Positions 13,844 to 29,056 of a stretch of DNA of 64,000 nt are shown piece after piece. The notes under the pieces are model-generated. The model was not told the DNA's origin and did not search any database. It saw only the letters and a list, made by a program, of their open reading frames with translations. The stretch's first letter is position 1. Each line of letters starts with the position of its first letter. Source of the stretch: the human T2T-CHM13v2.0 reference genome, Homo sapiens; NCBI RefSeq assembly GCF_009914755.1, contig NC_060927.1, one strand, 5' to 3'. Made by a program: the position numbers and the translations under genes.

Positions 13844-16800
13844 AATGCAGGAGTAAATCCTCATTTGCCAATCATATCAATGAATACAAACGGGCTAAAC
13901 TCTCCATTCAGAAGATATTGAATGGCTGAATGTATAAAAAAGAAAAACCCAATAGTCTGTTGACTACAAGAAATACACTTCACCTGTAAACAAACACATA
14001 GACTGAAAATAAATAGAAAAATATATTCTGTAAAAATAGAAACCAAAAAAGAGCAAGAATAGATATACAGAGAAAATATATTTCAAGGCAAAAATTATAA
14101 AAAGGGACAAAGAATGCCGCTATGTAACGATACAGTTTCAATTCAGCAAGACAATGTAACAATTTTAAATATATAAGCACCCAACATTACAGCACCCAGA
14201 TATAGGAAACAAATATAATTAGAAATAAAGAGAGAGATACAGCCAAATGCAATAACAGCTGGAGACTTCAACATTTCACTATCAGCAGTGGAGAGATAAT
14301 CCAGACAAAAAATCAACAAAGAAATATTGGACTTCATCTGCACTATAGACTAAATAGATCTAATCGCTATTATGAGACCATTTTATCTAACAGATGCAGA
14401 ATACATATTCTTCTCTACAGCATATAAATCACTCTCAAAAAAAGACCATACACCACAAAACTAATCTTAAAATTGTTCTAAAAACTAAATCATATCAAGT
14501 ATATTTTTTGACCAAAATGGTATAAAGCCAGAAGTCAATAACCATAGGTATTTTGGAAAGTATACACACACATAGAAATTAAACAATGTGCTCCTGCATG
14601 ACAACTGGGTCAATGAAGAAATAAAGAAGGAAATTTAAAACTTCATTGAAACCAATATTAATGGATACACAACCTACCAAAACACACAAGATACAGTGAA
14701 AACAGGCGTAAAAGAAAAGTTTATAGCTATAAGCACCCACCTCAAAAAAATAGAAAACTTCAAATAAACAACCAAACAATGAATTTAAAAAAAACTAGAA
14801 AAGTAAGACCAAACCAAGCCCAGAAATTAGTAGAAGAAAATTAATAATAAAGACAGGAGCAGAAATAAGTGAAACAGAAATTTAAAAATATATAAAAGAT
14901 CCATGGGACAAAAAATTTTTTTTTTTTGAAAAGACATATACAATTGACAAACCTTTAGTCAAACTAAGAAAAAAGATAGAAGACTCAAATAAATAAAATC
15001 ACAAGTGAAAAAAAGACATTACAACTGATACTACAGAAATTCAGAGATTATTAGAAGCTACTATGAACAATTATATGCCAATAGATTGGAAAACTGAGAG
15101 GAAATAAGTAAATTCCTAGACATATACAATTGACCAAGATTGAATCATGAGGAAATCCAAAACCTGCACAGATAAATAACAAATAATGAGTGTGAAGCTA
15201 TAATAAAAATTATCTTAGCAAGGAAAACCCCAGGACCTAATGGCTTCAATGCTGAATTGTAAGAAACATTTAAAGAAGAACTAATACCAGTCATACTCAA
15301 GCTTTTTTGAAAAATAGAGGAGGAGAGAATAGTTTTAAGTTCATTCTGTGAGGCCAGTTTTACCATGATACCCACATTGGACAAAGATAAATAAATAAAT
15401 AAATAAAACTATAGTTTAATATCCATGATGAACATATGTGCCAATATTATCAAAATACTAGAAAACAAAATTAAACAACACATTAAAATGATTATTCATC
15501 ATTACCAAGTGGGATTTTTCCCAGGGATGCAAGATGGTTCAACATACTCAAATCAATTACTGTGATATAGCATATCAACAGAATGAGGGACAAAAATCAT
15601 ATAATCATTTCAATTGACACCTGAACAACATTTGAAAATTCAAAATCCCTTCATAATAAAATACTTGAAAACTGAGTATAGAAGTAACATAGTTAAACAC
15701 AATAAAAGCCGTATACAACAGACCCACAGGTAGCATTTTAATGAATGGGGAGAAAAGGAAAGCCTTTCCTCTTTGATCTAGAACACAACAAGAATGCCCA
15801 CTTTTACCATTATATTACTAGAAGACCTAGCTAGAGCAATCAGAAAAGAGGAAGAAATAAATAAAATATAGGACATCCAAATTAGAAAGAAAAAAGTCAA
15901 ATTATCCTTGTTTGCAGATGATGTGATTTTATATTTTGGAAAACCTAAAGATTCCACCAAAAAAAACTATTGGATTGATAAACAAATTCAGTAAAGTTGC
16001 AGGATACAAAATCAATATACAAAAATCAGTAGCATTTCCATATGGTTGCACAAACAACCGAAAAAGGAAAACAAAGGAAGTAATCCCACTTTAAATACAA
16101 ATAAAATTAGCTAGAAATTAAACAAAGAAGCAAAAGATCTCTATAATGAAAACTCATTCTAAAATACCGATTAAAGAAATAGAAAATAATACAAAAAATT
16201 GGAAAGACATTTCATGAACAAGGATTGGAAGAATCACATTATTAAAATATCCATATCACCCAAAGCAATCTAGAGATTTAATGCAATTCCAATCAAAATA
16301 CCAAGGACATTCTTCACAAAAATAGGGAAAAGAATCCTAAAACTTATATTGAACACTAGAAGAGCCAAAGTTATTTGAGTAAAAAGAACAAAAGTGGAAG
16401 AATCACATTGCCTGACTTCAAATTTTACTGTAAGCCTATAGAAATCAAAATAGCATGGTACTGGCATAAAATAAGACATATAAACCAATGGCGCAGAATA
16501 GATAAGCAAGAAATATATCAATACATCTACAGCGAACCAGTTTTGACAAAGAAGACAAGAATATAATTGGGAAAAGAATAGGCTCTTTAAAAAATGATTC
16601 TGGGAAACTATAATAGGTACTATTATAGTACCATATGCAGAAGAATGAAAGTAGACCCATATTTCTCACCATATACAAAAATTAAATCAAAATGAATTAA
16701 AGACTTAAATCTAAAACCTTAAACTATAAAACTACTATTGGAAAATATTGGGGAAACTCTCTAGGACATTGGACTGAGCAAAGATTTCCTGAATAATACC

Positions 16801-17500
16801 CAAAAGCACAGGCAACCGAAACAAAAATGGACAAATGGAAGCATATCAAATTGGAAAGCTCCTGCATAGCAAAGGAAACAATCAACGAAGTGTGGAGACA
16901 ATCCACAGAATGAGAGAAAAATATTTGTAAACTACCCATTTGCCAAGGGATTAATAACCAGAATATATAAGGAGCTCAAACAACTCCATAGGAAAAAGAA
17001 ATCTAAAAATCCAACTGAAAAAATGGACAAAACGTCTGAAGAGACATTTCTCAAAAGAAGACTTACAAAAGACAGGCATATGAAAAGGTTCCCAGCATCA
17101 CTGATCATCAGAGAAATGAAAATCAAAACTACAATGAGATATCATCCCACCACAGTTAAAATGGCTTTTGTGAAAAAAGGGAGGCAGTAACAAATGCTGG
17201 CGAGAATGTGGAGAAAAGGAAACTTTGTACACTGTTGTTGGGAATGTAAATTAGCACAACCACTATTGAGAACAGTATAGAGATTTCTCAACAATCTAAA
17301 ATTAGAGCTACCGTGTGATCCAGCAATCTTACTGCTAAATGTACACCCAAAAGAAAGGAAATCAGTATATCAGAGATATCTGCACTCCCATGTTTATTGC
17401 AGCACTATTCACAGTAGCCACAATTCGGATAAAAACTAAGTGTCCATAAGCAGACAAATGGACAAAGAAAACATATTACATATACACACTGGAATTCTAT
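13844..17500 (+). pseudogene. Disrupted L1 ORF2p (endonuclease/reverse transcriptase)
   Basis: EN start (NTNGLNSP-like) near 13880; RT motif TTTGCAGATGAT (FADD) at 15911-15922; SKKNKSGRITLPDFKFYCK..WYW fragment; many stops. Confidence 0.88.
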
Positions 17501-18064
17501 TCAGCCATAAAAAAGAATGGGATCTTGTTATCTGCAACAATATGAATGGAACTGGAGGTCATTATGTTAAGTGAAATAAGCAAGGTGCAGAAAGACAAAC
17601 TTCACATGTTCTTACTTACTTGTGCAAGCTAAAAATTAAAAGTATTAAACTCACAGAGATAGAGGGAAGAACAGTGTTAACAGAGGCTTGGAAAATTAGT
17701 GTGAAGAGAAAGTAGGGATTGTTAATAGGTACAAAAATATAGTTAGACTGAATAAATATGATCTAGTGTTTGTTAGCACATAGGGTGACTACAATCGACA
17801 ATAATTTATTGTACAGTTTAAGGTAAGTAAAAGTATAATTGGATTGTTTGTAACACACAGAAAGGATAAATGCTTGATGTGATGGATACCTCTTTAACCT
17901 TATGTGATTATTATGCATTGCATGCTTGTATTAAAATATCTCATGTGTCCTGTAAATATATACACCGACTATGTGTCCACAAAAATAAAGAATAGAAAAT
18001 TTAAAAAGAAGAAAAGAAAAAAGCAACTTTATAAAAGATTCATTCAGTATTCTGTTTTGAAAAT

Positions 18065-19730
18065 AAAGTTTTATTTTAGCATATTTTTAGATTTACAGTA
18101 TAGTTGTGTAGATAATGTTGGAGAGTTGTCAGATACCCTACACCCAGTGTTCCATATTGCTACTGTCTTTCATGGTGCATTTGTCACAATTAATAGATCA
18201 TTAATGATACATTATTTTAATTAAAATATACACTTTTTTATATTTCTTTCGTTTTTGCTTAATGTCTATATTCTGCTCCAGGATCTCATCTAGATTACAT
18301 TTACTTACCATGCATTCTTAGGTTCCTTTCACTATAACAGGTTTTTAGATTCTTATTATTTTTGATGACTGTGACAGTTTTGAGAAACACTAGTCAGATA
18401 TTTTATAGAATGTCCTTTAATTTGAGGTTGTCTGATTTTTTTTTTCTCACGGTTAGTTATGGGTTCTAGAGAGGAAAAGCACAGAGGTAAAGGAAGATTT
18501 TATCTCATCATATCAAGGATCCAGCCTGTCAATATGCCACTGTTATTGTTGGTGTTAATCTTGAGCATGTGACTGAGGTAGGGTCTTTCAGATTTTTCCA
18601 CGGTGAAGTTACTCTTTTTTCCCACTTTTCATATTTCTTTTTTTTGGAAGAAAGTCACTATGCTCAGTCCTTTCTTAAGGCACTATGAATTATCTCCACC
18701 TCCTTAAGAAAATCACCCCAATTTTAGATTTCTCAGAACTGTGATAAATATGTTTCTCTTGGTTAAGCCACCAAGCCTGCAGTATTTTGTTATGGCAGCA
18801 CAGACTAGTTCACTTATATCTATGTGTGCTTATATCTATAAATACAGGTAAATAGTATATAAATATAGGTATGTACCTGTATCTATATTTGTATATTAAT
18901 CCATCTAATATTGTGAATGATATTGTTATAAAGAATACATGATGGTATGTGTTTGTTAAAACTTATAGAACTTTACAGCACAGAACCTTACAATGCATAA
19001 TGTAAACAAATTAAATAAGTATGATTAGTAAGTTGGAGGATTGCAGAATGGAATATAGTCTGTGAAAAAAACAACTGCCTTCCAAACGTGAGTTCATAAA
19101 GATATCTGCAAGTCTAATTCAGTACCACTTTGATTATTCTAGCCCTCTCTCCTTTCTTATGTGTAACTTTCCACTCCAGCAGTGAGAAACTTGGCTCCTA
19201 CTGTCGACCTTCCATTTACCAAATTGTTCAATTCCACATAGAATGGTTTCAGAATTATTAACTGCTAACCCTATGAGAAATAAATTTATATGCTACAGTG
19301 GATTACTTACATGCAGTTTTTCTTTATTTTATATGTTTGGAAGGCAGTTGTTGCTTTTTTTTTTTCACAGACTATATTCCATCCTGCAATCCTCCAATTT
19401 ACTAATCGTACTTATTTAATTTGTTTACATTATGCATTGTAAAGTTCTGTGCTGTAAAGTTCTATAAGTTTTAACAAAACACATACCACATGTATTCTTT
19501 ATAACAATATCATTCACAACTGTTTCATGGCCCTAAAAATCCCGTGTTACATTAGATACAGCAATATAAGAGCCTTTTGCCACCCTAAAAATATTACCTG
19601 TATTTCACCTATTTAGCCCTCTTCCCTCCACAAACCTCTGATAGTCTTACTTGTTTGCTGTTTGTATAGTTTTGCCTTTTCAAGAATGTGTTTTAGAAAT
19701 GGAATCATAGAGTATTAAAATCTTTTTTAT
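18065..19730 (-). mobile_element. L1MC3/L1MC4-type 3' end remnant, containing an MLT1 fragment (~18710-18810) and an inverted duplication
   Basis: TTTTAGATTTACAG...GTGTTAATCTTGAGCATGTGACTGAGGTAG...GTTACTCTTTT and TAGTTTTGCCTTTTCAAGAATG...AATGGAATCATA motifs. Confidence 0.7.
18911..19519. repeat. Long inverted repeat: arms 18911-19087 and 19335-19519, 247-bp spacer
   Basis: Manual alignment of the left arm to the reverse complement of the right arm gives about 4 substitutions and 3 small indels over ~177 bp. Confidence 0.95.
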
Positions 19731-20207
19731 ACTTCTTTCCACTTTATAAATTATCCTCTTAAGTCTATGATAATTCCTTTTTATACTCTCCTTACACTCT
19801 TTGCATCTGTCCCATTTTTATATCGATTCTACCAAAATTTCCTCTTTAATATTTTTATTTTTCTCTTGGTAAATATTTTTCTATCATCACTGTTAAGATA
19901 CTTTCTAAAGTAATACTTTGAGCTCAAATTCACACTCACTTTTTTTTCCTGGAATTTTTAACCTCTTGTTCAGCAACTCAGCTTCTATGTCTTTAAATTT
20001 AACATACCTAAATTGGAACTAAATATATTCTTGCCAAATTCTTTGCCCAAAAACTATAGCAGTGCTTCCTCTGGCTTTCTTACTGATTAGTTTCTTTCTC
20101 TCAAAGTATTAAATGTATAAATAATACTACCTAACTTGAGTCAGCAGGAGAATAAACATAATTAAGTGGTTTACTAACCTTCTAAAATGGCATTAAAATA
20201 TTTCTGC

Positions 20208-20558
<351 letters not shown>

Positions 20559-21514
20559 TTAGAGATATCTCCGAAGAGTTTTCCTCTACCTCATAACGGA
20601 AATGTAGAAGTAAGTATTACTCGAAGTTATGCACATTGAGACAATTACTATGCTTGTTGTGAGGAAGGAGGAAAGGATATGAGAACAGCATTAACAAGTA
20701 CCTATAATGTAGGCCCATCTCTATATTAACACTGTTCTGAAATAATCCGTGCATTAGAGATGTTTTCTTGATACTGCTCAGCAAGAAAGATTGCTTTAGT
20801 GTCATGACATTCTGATTGGATGGCAGGGACTCTTACAGAATCCTGAAAAAAAAAAAACATATAATTGAATAAACTATGTGATGTCTCAATTTAAATTATT
20901 TCTCAGCTGTAGAAAATGTAGCCCCCACTGTAGCAAGTGGGCACTAATGTCAGCAATGTATTAGGTTTTGGTTTAAACCAATTGATTTCATGCCTTTCTA
21001 TATATTCTGCATAATACTCAAACACTTTGGTGACTCACTAGTGTTTCTCAACAGTTCCATTAGCTCTGAAATAACTACATCAATTTTCTTCCCATTTTTC
21101 TTTCCACAATTATTCTTCTCTAAACATGGATACTCTATGTATTTTCTACATTATTATACTACCTTCCTAATTGCTTAATGAATTGCATGGAATAAAATAT
21201 CCTGATATTCACTTAATAAACATTCTAAAATGGGTAAATATTGTTGATCTCACTAATGTTTTTCATTATATATTTAACATGAAAATAAAATACAACCATT
21301 TTAAAATAAATATTATGCCCTCAAAAATGTCTTAAATGGAAATAACAAAAATAGTTTAGGTTATAAGTACTTACACAGCAATTTTGTTTTTTTACAAAGG
21401 TAGCTCAAGTGCCTTTTTCTGCTTTCAACATTTGTGTTAGAAAAAAATGAAAGGCAAGAGTTGTAACAATTGTAAATATTTCAGGATAGTTCAACTTTTT
21501 TGTTAACACTAATG

Positions 21515-21660
21515 TTTGTGTGTGTGTACACATATGTATGTATATATTAACACACATAATTACATATATGTAATATATGTGTGTATATATACACATGTGT
21601 GTAATGTAAAGCATTACATGCATATATATGCACAGAAATACATACATATATATATAATTT
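21515..21660. repeat. Degenerate (TG)/(TA)/(CA) low-complexity tract
   Basis: Alternating purine-pyrimidine sequence. Confidence 0.75.
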
Positions 21661-23054
21661 TTTAAGTTTATAGAATCCCTATAAGAATCCTTGTCATCCA
21701 ATCAGATGTCATGACACTAAACCATTATAAGAAATAATCCGTAGATATGCAGATCATCAAAATATTAGAAGTGTGCTTTCTTTCTGATTATTTCTTGGTA
21801 AATTCAATTTCAGTGTACTTTGTCCCAATATGAATTATTTTTTCAGTGGGACTCTTTTTATAAATGATTTCACAGTCCTTGAACATTAGGCCTCACAGGA
21901 TTTACTGCTTGATAAACAATTCTAAATCTTAAAACTTGCTGGAACAGAGTAGCTGAGTATAATGCTAAGAAAGAAAAACTAGTGTTTTAGAAAAGAAATG
22001 TAATACTGGATCTCTGATACAGGTAGATTGAATAATGCACATTTCAAATAAACTTGAACTTAATGTGCCAAACTTTTTAAGAGCTGACATGTATAATTGT
22101 TTCATTTTGAGAATAAAGATAAATTAATTGTGATAACTTATAATAATATGGAATATATATATACAAAAAAATCCCAAATACCAGTAGATATTTAAACATT
22201 CAAATAATCTTATTCTTAAGCCAAGTCACTATAAATGAATTATAATGCAAGAATGTGTATTAAATTGTTTTTACTCTTACCTTTATTTAAATCGATTAAG
22301 TTACTTTATATTTTTAATCTAGCTTTATAAAAGAAATTATTAGTAATACAATTGTTTTTATTCTTCTGAAATGTTAATGTTTAGTGAAATAACCATGTGA
22401 TTAATTATTTTATAGCAGCACTTCACTTTTAATAGCAGATGTGTTCCAGAAAACATGTGTGCATATATAATTTTTAAAAATAGGACTACATTTTTAACAT
22501 ACATGGCATATTTCCTAGTCAAAAAATTATGGTATGACCAGTATTCTTCTAAAGCACAGAATGATTAAGAATCATGAACAATCTCTTAAACTTTAACCTT
22601 GCATGCATCCTCAAGTAACAGACCTTGAACTACTGGGTGAATTTCAAAGCATCACGTGTTCCTGCTGTCAATCCTCATTCTTCTAACACAGGATGCTAAT
22701 TGAGGCAGCCCACATCAAGTCACTTCAGATTTTCTAAAACCATTTTTTGGCACAGTCATGGGAAAAGATTTTAGATGACATGTAACTACTTTCAGATATT
22801 TCTAAATTATTCATTTCAACATGTGTTTTGTGCACCTAATAGACGAAGGCCTAGCCTCAAGGGAAACAGCAGAAGTTGTAACATTTTCTGGTCTCCTGAG
22901 GTCAAAGTGTAAATTGTTTTCCCAAAGGTGGAAGTAAAGAGTTTCATTGGGTTCCCTGACCAAATTGTGGTTATTCAATGAATATTTTGAAAATGGGAAT
23001 TTTATTATATGAAAGTTTTCTCAGAAGGATAAAAATATTTTTCATTTTAGTAAT

Positions 23055-23915
23055 TAAAATAGCATTTTATTAACATAAGGCAAGACAAATAGACTAAGGG
23101 GAATAATAAATAATTGAGAAACACAAAAATCTATACAAGAAACTTGATATACAACAGTTATAAATCAGTAGGGCAGGGTTTCTGCGACAAGTAGCCATTT
23201 GAGGAAAAGGATAAAAGTATTTATCTATTTATTACATACAAAAAATAAATTTCAGGTGGATTAACATCCATATATGACAACCAAAACCTTACAATGTTTA
23301 GAAAAAGTATAGTAGAATATGTTCATATCACTAAAATTACTGACCATTAGGACATAGATGATTAAATTTAATGATATAAAAATGTAAAACTTGCATCTGA
23401 CAAAGATGCTATTTATAAACTTAAAATACAGGCCAAAATTGGGAAAGATTTTTGAAATACATGTAACTAACAGAGGACTATTATCCAGAATATATAAAGA
23501 GTCCTTGCAAAGGAAAAGAAAAATATTTATAGAAGCAATACCTAAAAAGCAACAAACGCATGAAAAAACGTTCAATCTCATTTGAATTCAAGAAAATAAA
23601 ATTAAAAGGCAATGAGATATTATTTCATTACCATCAAAATGACAAAAATTTGAAAGGATAATTTTAAATGATAGCCAGGTGTTGGAGGAAATAATATTTC
23701 AAACACTGCCAGCAAAGATGTAACTTGGTATAAATGATTTGAAAACAAGCTATACTATGTTTATTTAAACTGAATATAACCTATAACCTAGAAACCTGCA
23801 ATTTCAGGTATATACCCCTAGATAAATATTTGTAGACATGCCCACAGAAACATATTCAAGGAATGTTTTTCCCAGTATTTTTTTGTAGTGCTGAATATTT
23901 GGAAACAACTTACAT
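23055..23915 (+). mobile_element. L1ME/L1M5-type ORF2 3' remnant
   Basis: AAAAATAAATTTCAGGTGGATTAA, GAGGACTATTATCCAGAATATATAAAGA and AATATTTGGAAACAAC motifs. Confidence 0.7.
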
Positions 23916-25934
23916 TTTATATAGAAATATGTTTGCCATTTTTGCACCAGATTTTTTTAAGAAACAAAAAGTTACAAAATAAGTTGAAAAAATATTTTTT
24001 AAAGAACCCCCAGAAAGTTTAACAAACATCGTCCTTTCAGAATATGAGTTAGTAAAAACTTTGAGAATAGCCTCAGAGAGAGGCCAAACCAACAGCTATA
24101 TAGGAACATTTAGGCAGTACATGGGTGCTGATAGGTACAACATGGAATTTTATTCCTAGAGGACTGTTTCTTTTGCTACTTTGTTAGTAAAAGACAGTCT
24201 TTTACCTATATTTCATATGTTTCAGGAGACTGACTCCGAAGAGAAGACTCTGACTTCTCTGTGATAAAATTTAAGTTTAAAAGAGATGATATGATAGATT
24301 TTTGAGGAGGGATTTATTATGGTTAGAGAGAAATCACACAGCCTTGTCCATCAGATAGTAAGGTTACAAATGCAGAGATTAAGGCTGAAGCACATAGTGT
24401 ATGTGGGTTTGTTACAGTAGGTTTGAAGTATTCTATAGAATATTTCAAAACCATGTAACAGAACTTTATGGTTTTATAATAGAACTTTATAATTGAATAA
24501 TACTTAATCTGGAAAAAATATATAATTTATTGGTTCATATATATTTTTAAATAGTATCTGCAAGAAACAGTTGCCTGTTTTACAATTAAGACACAGCAAA
24601 GTTTATTTCAGGTAAGAAGTGACTGTAGTTGGCAAAGAGTAATGGGTCTACTTTCTTCCTATCTACTGATGTGCTGTCTCTTTACAGAATTCCTCCTGGT
24701 CAGTGTTGGGGCTCTTGCACTGATTCTCTATTTGTCTTTTTCTTCCCACTCTCCCTACTTTTATTTTTGCTTTTTAACCTTTGTAGGTTTGTCCTACTTC
24801 TGGAAGATTTTTTTTCTACTTTTATGTTAGATTTTGATGGAGCTGAAATATTTTTAATTTTTAAGTCTTCCCCTTTCTTTTCCATTCCCATTTATTGTGG
24901 TCTATTCTTATTTTTTGAACACACTATCTCTTGTTTTCTCTTTGAGAATAAAAATTGTAGACTTTTAAAATATTCTTTTATCTCAATATTGCCCCTTTCT
25001 TTCACATTCTTTTTTCATTCTATTGGTTTCTTTTTGCTTTCATTTTTAACTTAATTCCCATTCTTGTTAAATAATGAATTTCACTCTAGCATGATCAAGT
25101 GACAAGTTGCTTTTTACTAGCCCTCCTCCATAACTAGTAATTCACCCAGGAATTACTCTATTCCTATCCTTATCTTTAGAAAGCCAACTTTTGGTAAAGT
25201 ACTTGGGGAGTAAAATCCTTTGCTGCTATTGGTGGGAAATCTGGGGAAAGTAAAGGACTTTAAGTTAAAAGTTTCTCACTTTTTGTTTACTTTAAGTCTA
25301 GTGATTCTGCTTACATTTTCCAAAAAATAAATGTCCTACACTGAGAAAGGGAGAAGAGAATTTGCAGGTATTGTGGAGCTAGATTGAGAACCTGGGGTTT
25401 TAATACCTTCTGGAGTAAATTTGGTTTGAGACCTTCTGTTTTATCTACATGTGTACCCACAATTTTCTGTGTCTCCTCTTGCCTTCAACTTGTGAATCTT
25501 TCCAAGATTTTGACAAGCAAATCAATTTACCTATTTTTGGTATCTCCATTTGTATGCATTTTATTTTCAGCCTCTTAGACTTGCTTAAAGCAGTTATCAC
25601 TTTAGAAATTGCTTTTCCTCTTCTCAAAGTTTACCAATTTATTTTGCTGTTGCTGTCTACCCTGTTTCCTTAACTCTGGAGGTTTTCTTTATTCATTTTT
25701 TTTTATTTTGTTATTGACACTTCAGTGGGGTTTTGGCAGGGGAAGGAAATAAGTGTACGGTAACAATCCACTGGGTTTTTAAATTTCTCTTCATTTCATT
25801 CATTCTTTTCTGCATTATCACACTTTGCTATTTATTATTTCTCTTTTTTGTTGGAGTCAGAGAAATATATATTTTTCATTAAAATTAATGTATGTATTTA
25901 TATAGTCAATTTTTATTTTTAGGTTCTACTATTT

Positions 25935-26635
25935 TTATTTAATTTTTAAATTAAAAATAATATTGGATATATTTATGAGGTACAACATGATATTTTGATA
26001 TAGGTATACACTATGGAATGGCTAAATCACGCTAATAAACATATTCATTACTTCACATAATTTATTGTGTGAACACTTAAAATCTACTCTCTTAGTGGTT
26101 TTCAAGAACAATGCCTTGTTATTAACTATAGTCACTGTATTATACAACAGTGCTCTTTAACTTATTTTTTTAGCTTAAAATTGTGTGTTATCTAAGCAAC
26201 ATCTCTCCAGTCTACTCTTTTAGTCCCTGTTAACTACCATTCTACTCTTTGTTATTGAGTTTGCCTTTTTCAGATTCCACATATAAGTGAAATCATGAGG
26301 TATTTCTATTTTTGTGTCTGGCTTATTTCACTTAACATAAAGTCCTCCAGTACTTCCTTCTTTTTTAAGACTGAATAGTATTCTACTGTGTATATATACC
26401 ACATTTTTTAGATCCATTCATCCATTAATGCATGCTTTGGTTGATTTCATATGTTGGCTATTGTGAATAATGAATGCTACAGTAAACATGAGCATGCAGA
26501 TATCTCTGACATACTGATTTCTCTCAGATGTATACCAAGTGGAATTGCTAGATCTATAATTTTTGAGGAACCCTGCACTGTTTTCTGATAAGAAAATGGA
26601 AACTTGTACACTGTCCAGTGAATGTAAATTAGCCA
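25935..26635 (-). mobile_element. Short L1MA6-8-type insertion with inverted 5' piece (26591-26635)
   Basis: 3' end GGTACAACATGATATTTTGATAT...CACTTAAAATCTACTCTCTTAG in minus orientation to 26590, then GAAAATGGAAACTTGTACACTG...GAATGTAAATTAG in plus orientation. Confidence 0.8.
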
Positions 26636-26899
26636 ATTTTAAAAAATGAACCATCTGCCTTGTACCCTGTGTTCCCCTTCCCTTTCCTTCAAAGGAACAA
26701 TTTTAACTAATTATTTGTATTTAATTCCAGACCACTTAATGATATGCTTGTATTCCTATTTGATAACATATATGTACATAATGCATGCATAGTTCTGTAT
26801 AATTTATATATGTGTATATAATGTATGTATGTACATGTGTTTATATATATTATACATGTATATAGGTGTGTGTATTTGTCTGTGTCTATGTGTGTGTGA

Positions 26900-28860
<1,961 letters not shown>

Positions 28861-29056
28861 AATTTTTTGAGAGGAAAAATATGTATCATTATTTAGTTAT
28901 TGCCAGTGTGTCCTAATCAATTGTTCTTTGCAGAATTCACTATAAGATGTTGAAATGTTTAATAATCCTCAGAGTGAGGTAACTATGCTGAAAATTTCTT
29001 TAATCCTAGTGTAAAACATTGGGCTATGGCAATAACTTCATGAAGCATGATACTTG

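Larger units (their letters stand above)
10573..18018 (+). mobile_element. Full-length old LINE-1 (L1M1-type 5' UTR, L1MA2/L1MA3-type 3' end), inactive, 13-bp TSD
   Basis: 5' UTR, ORF1, ORF2, 3' UTR and A tail are colinear; AAAAGCAACTTTA at 10560-10572 and 18019-18031, with a TT/AAAA endonuclease site at the left. Confidence 0.93.

Noticed and set aside
24595-24620. TTTCAG|GTAAGA resembling a recursive splice site
   Set aside because: Polypyrimidine tract is very short and no host gene is evident; expected by chance in 64 kb.
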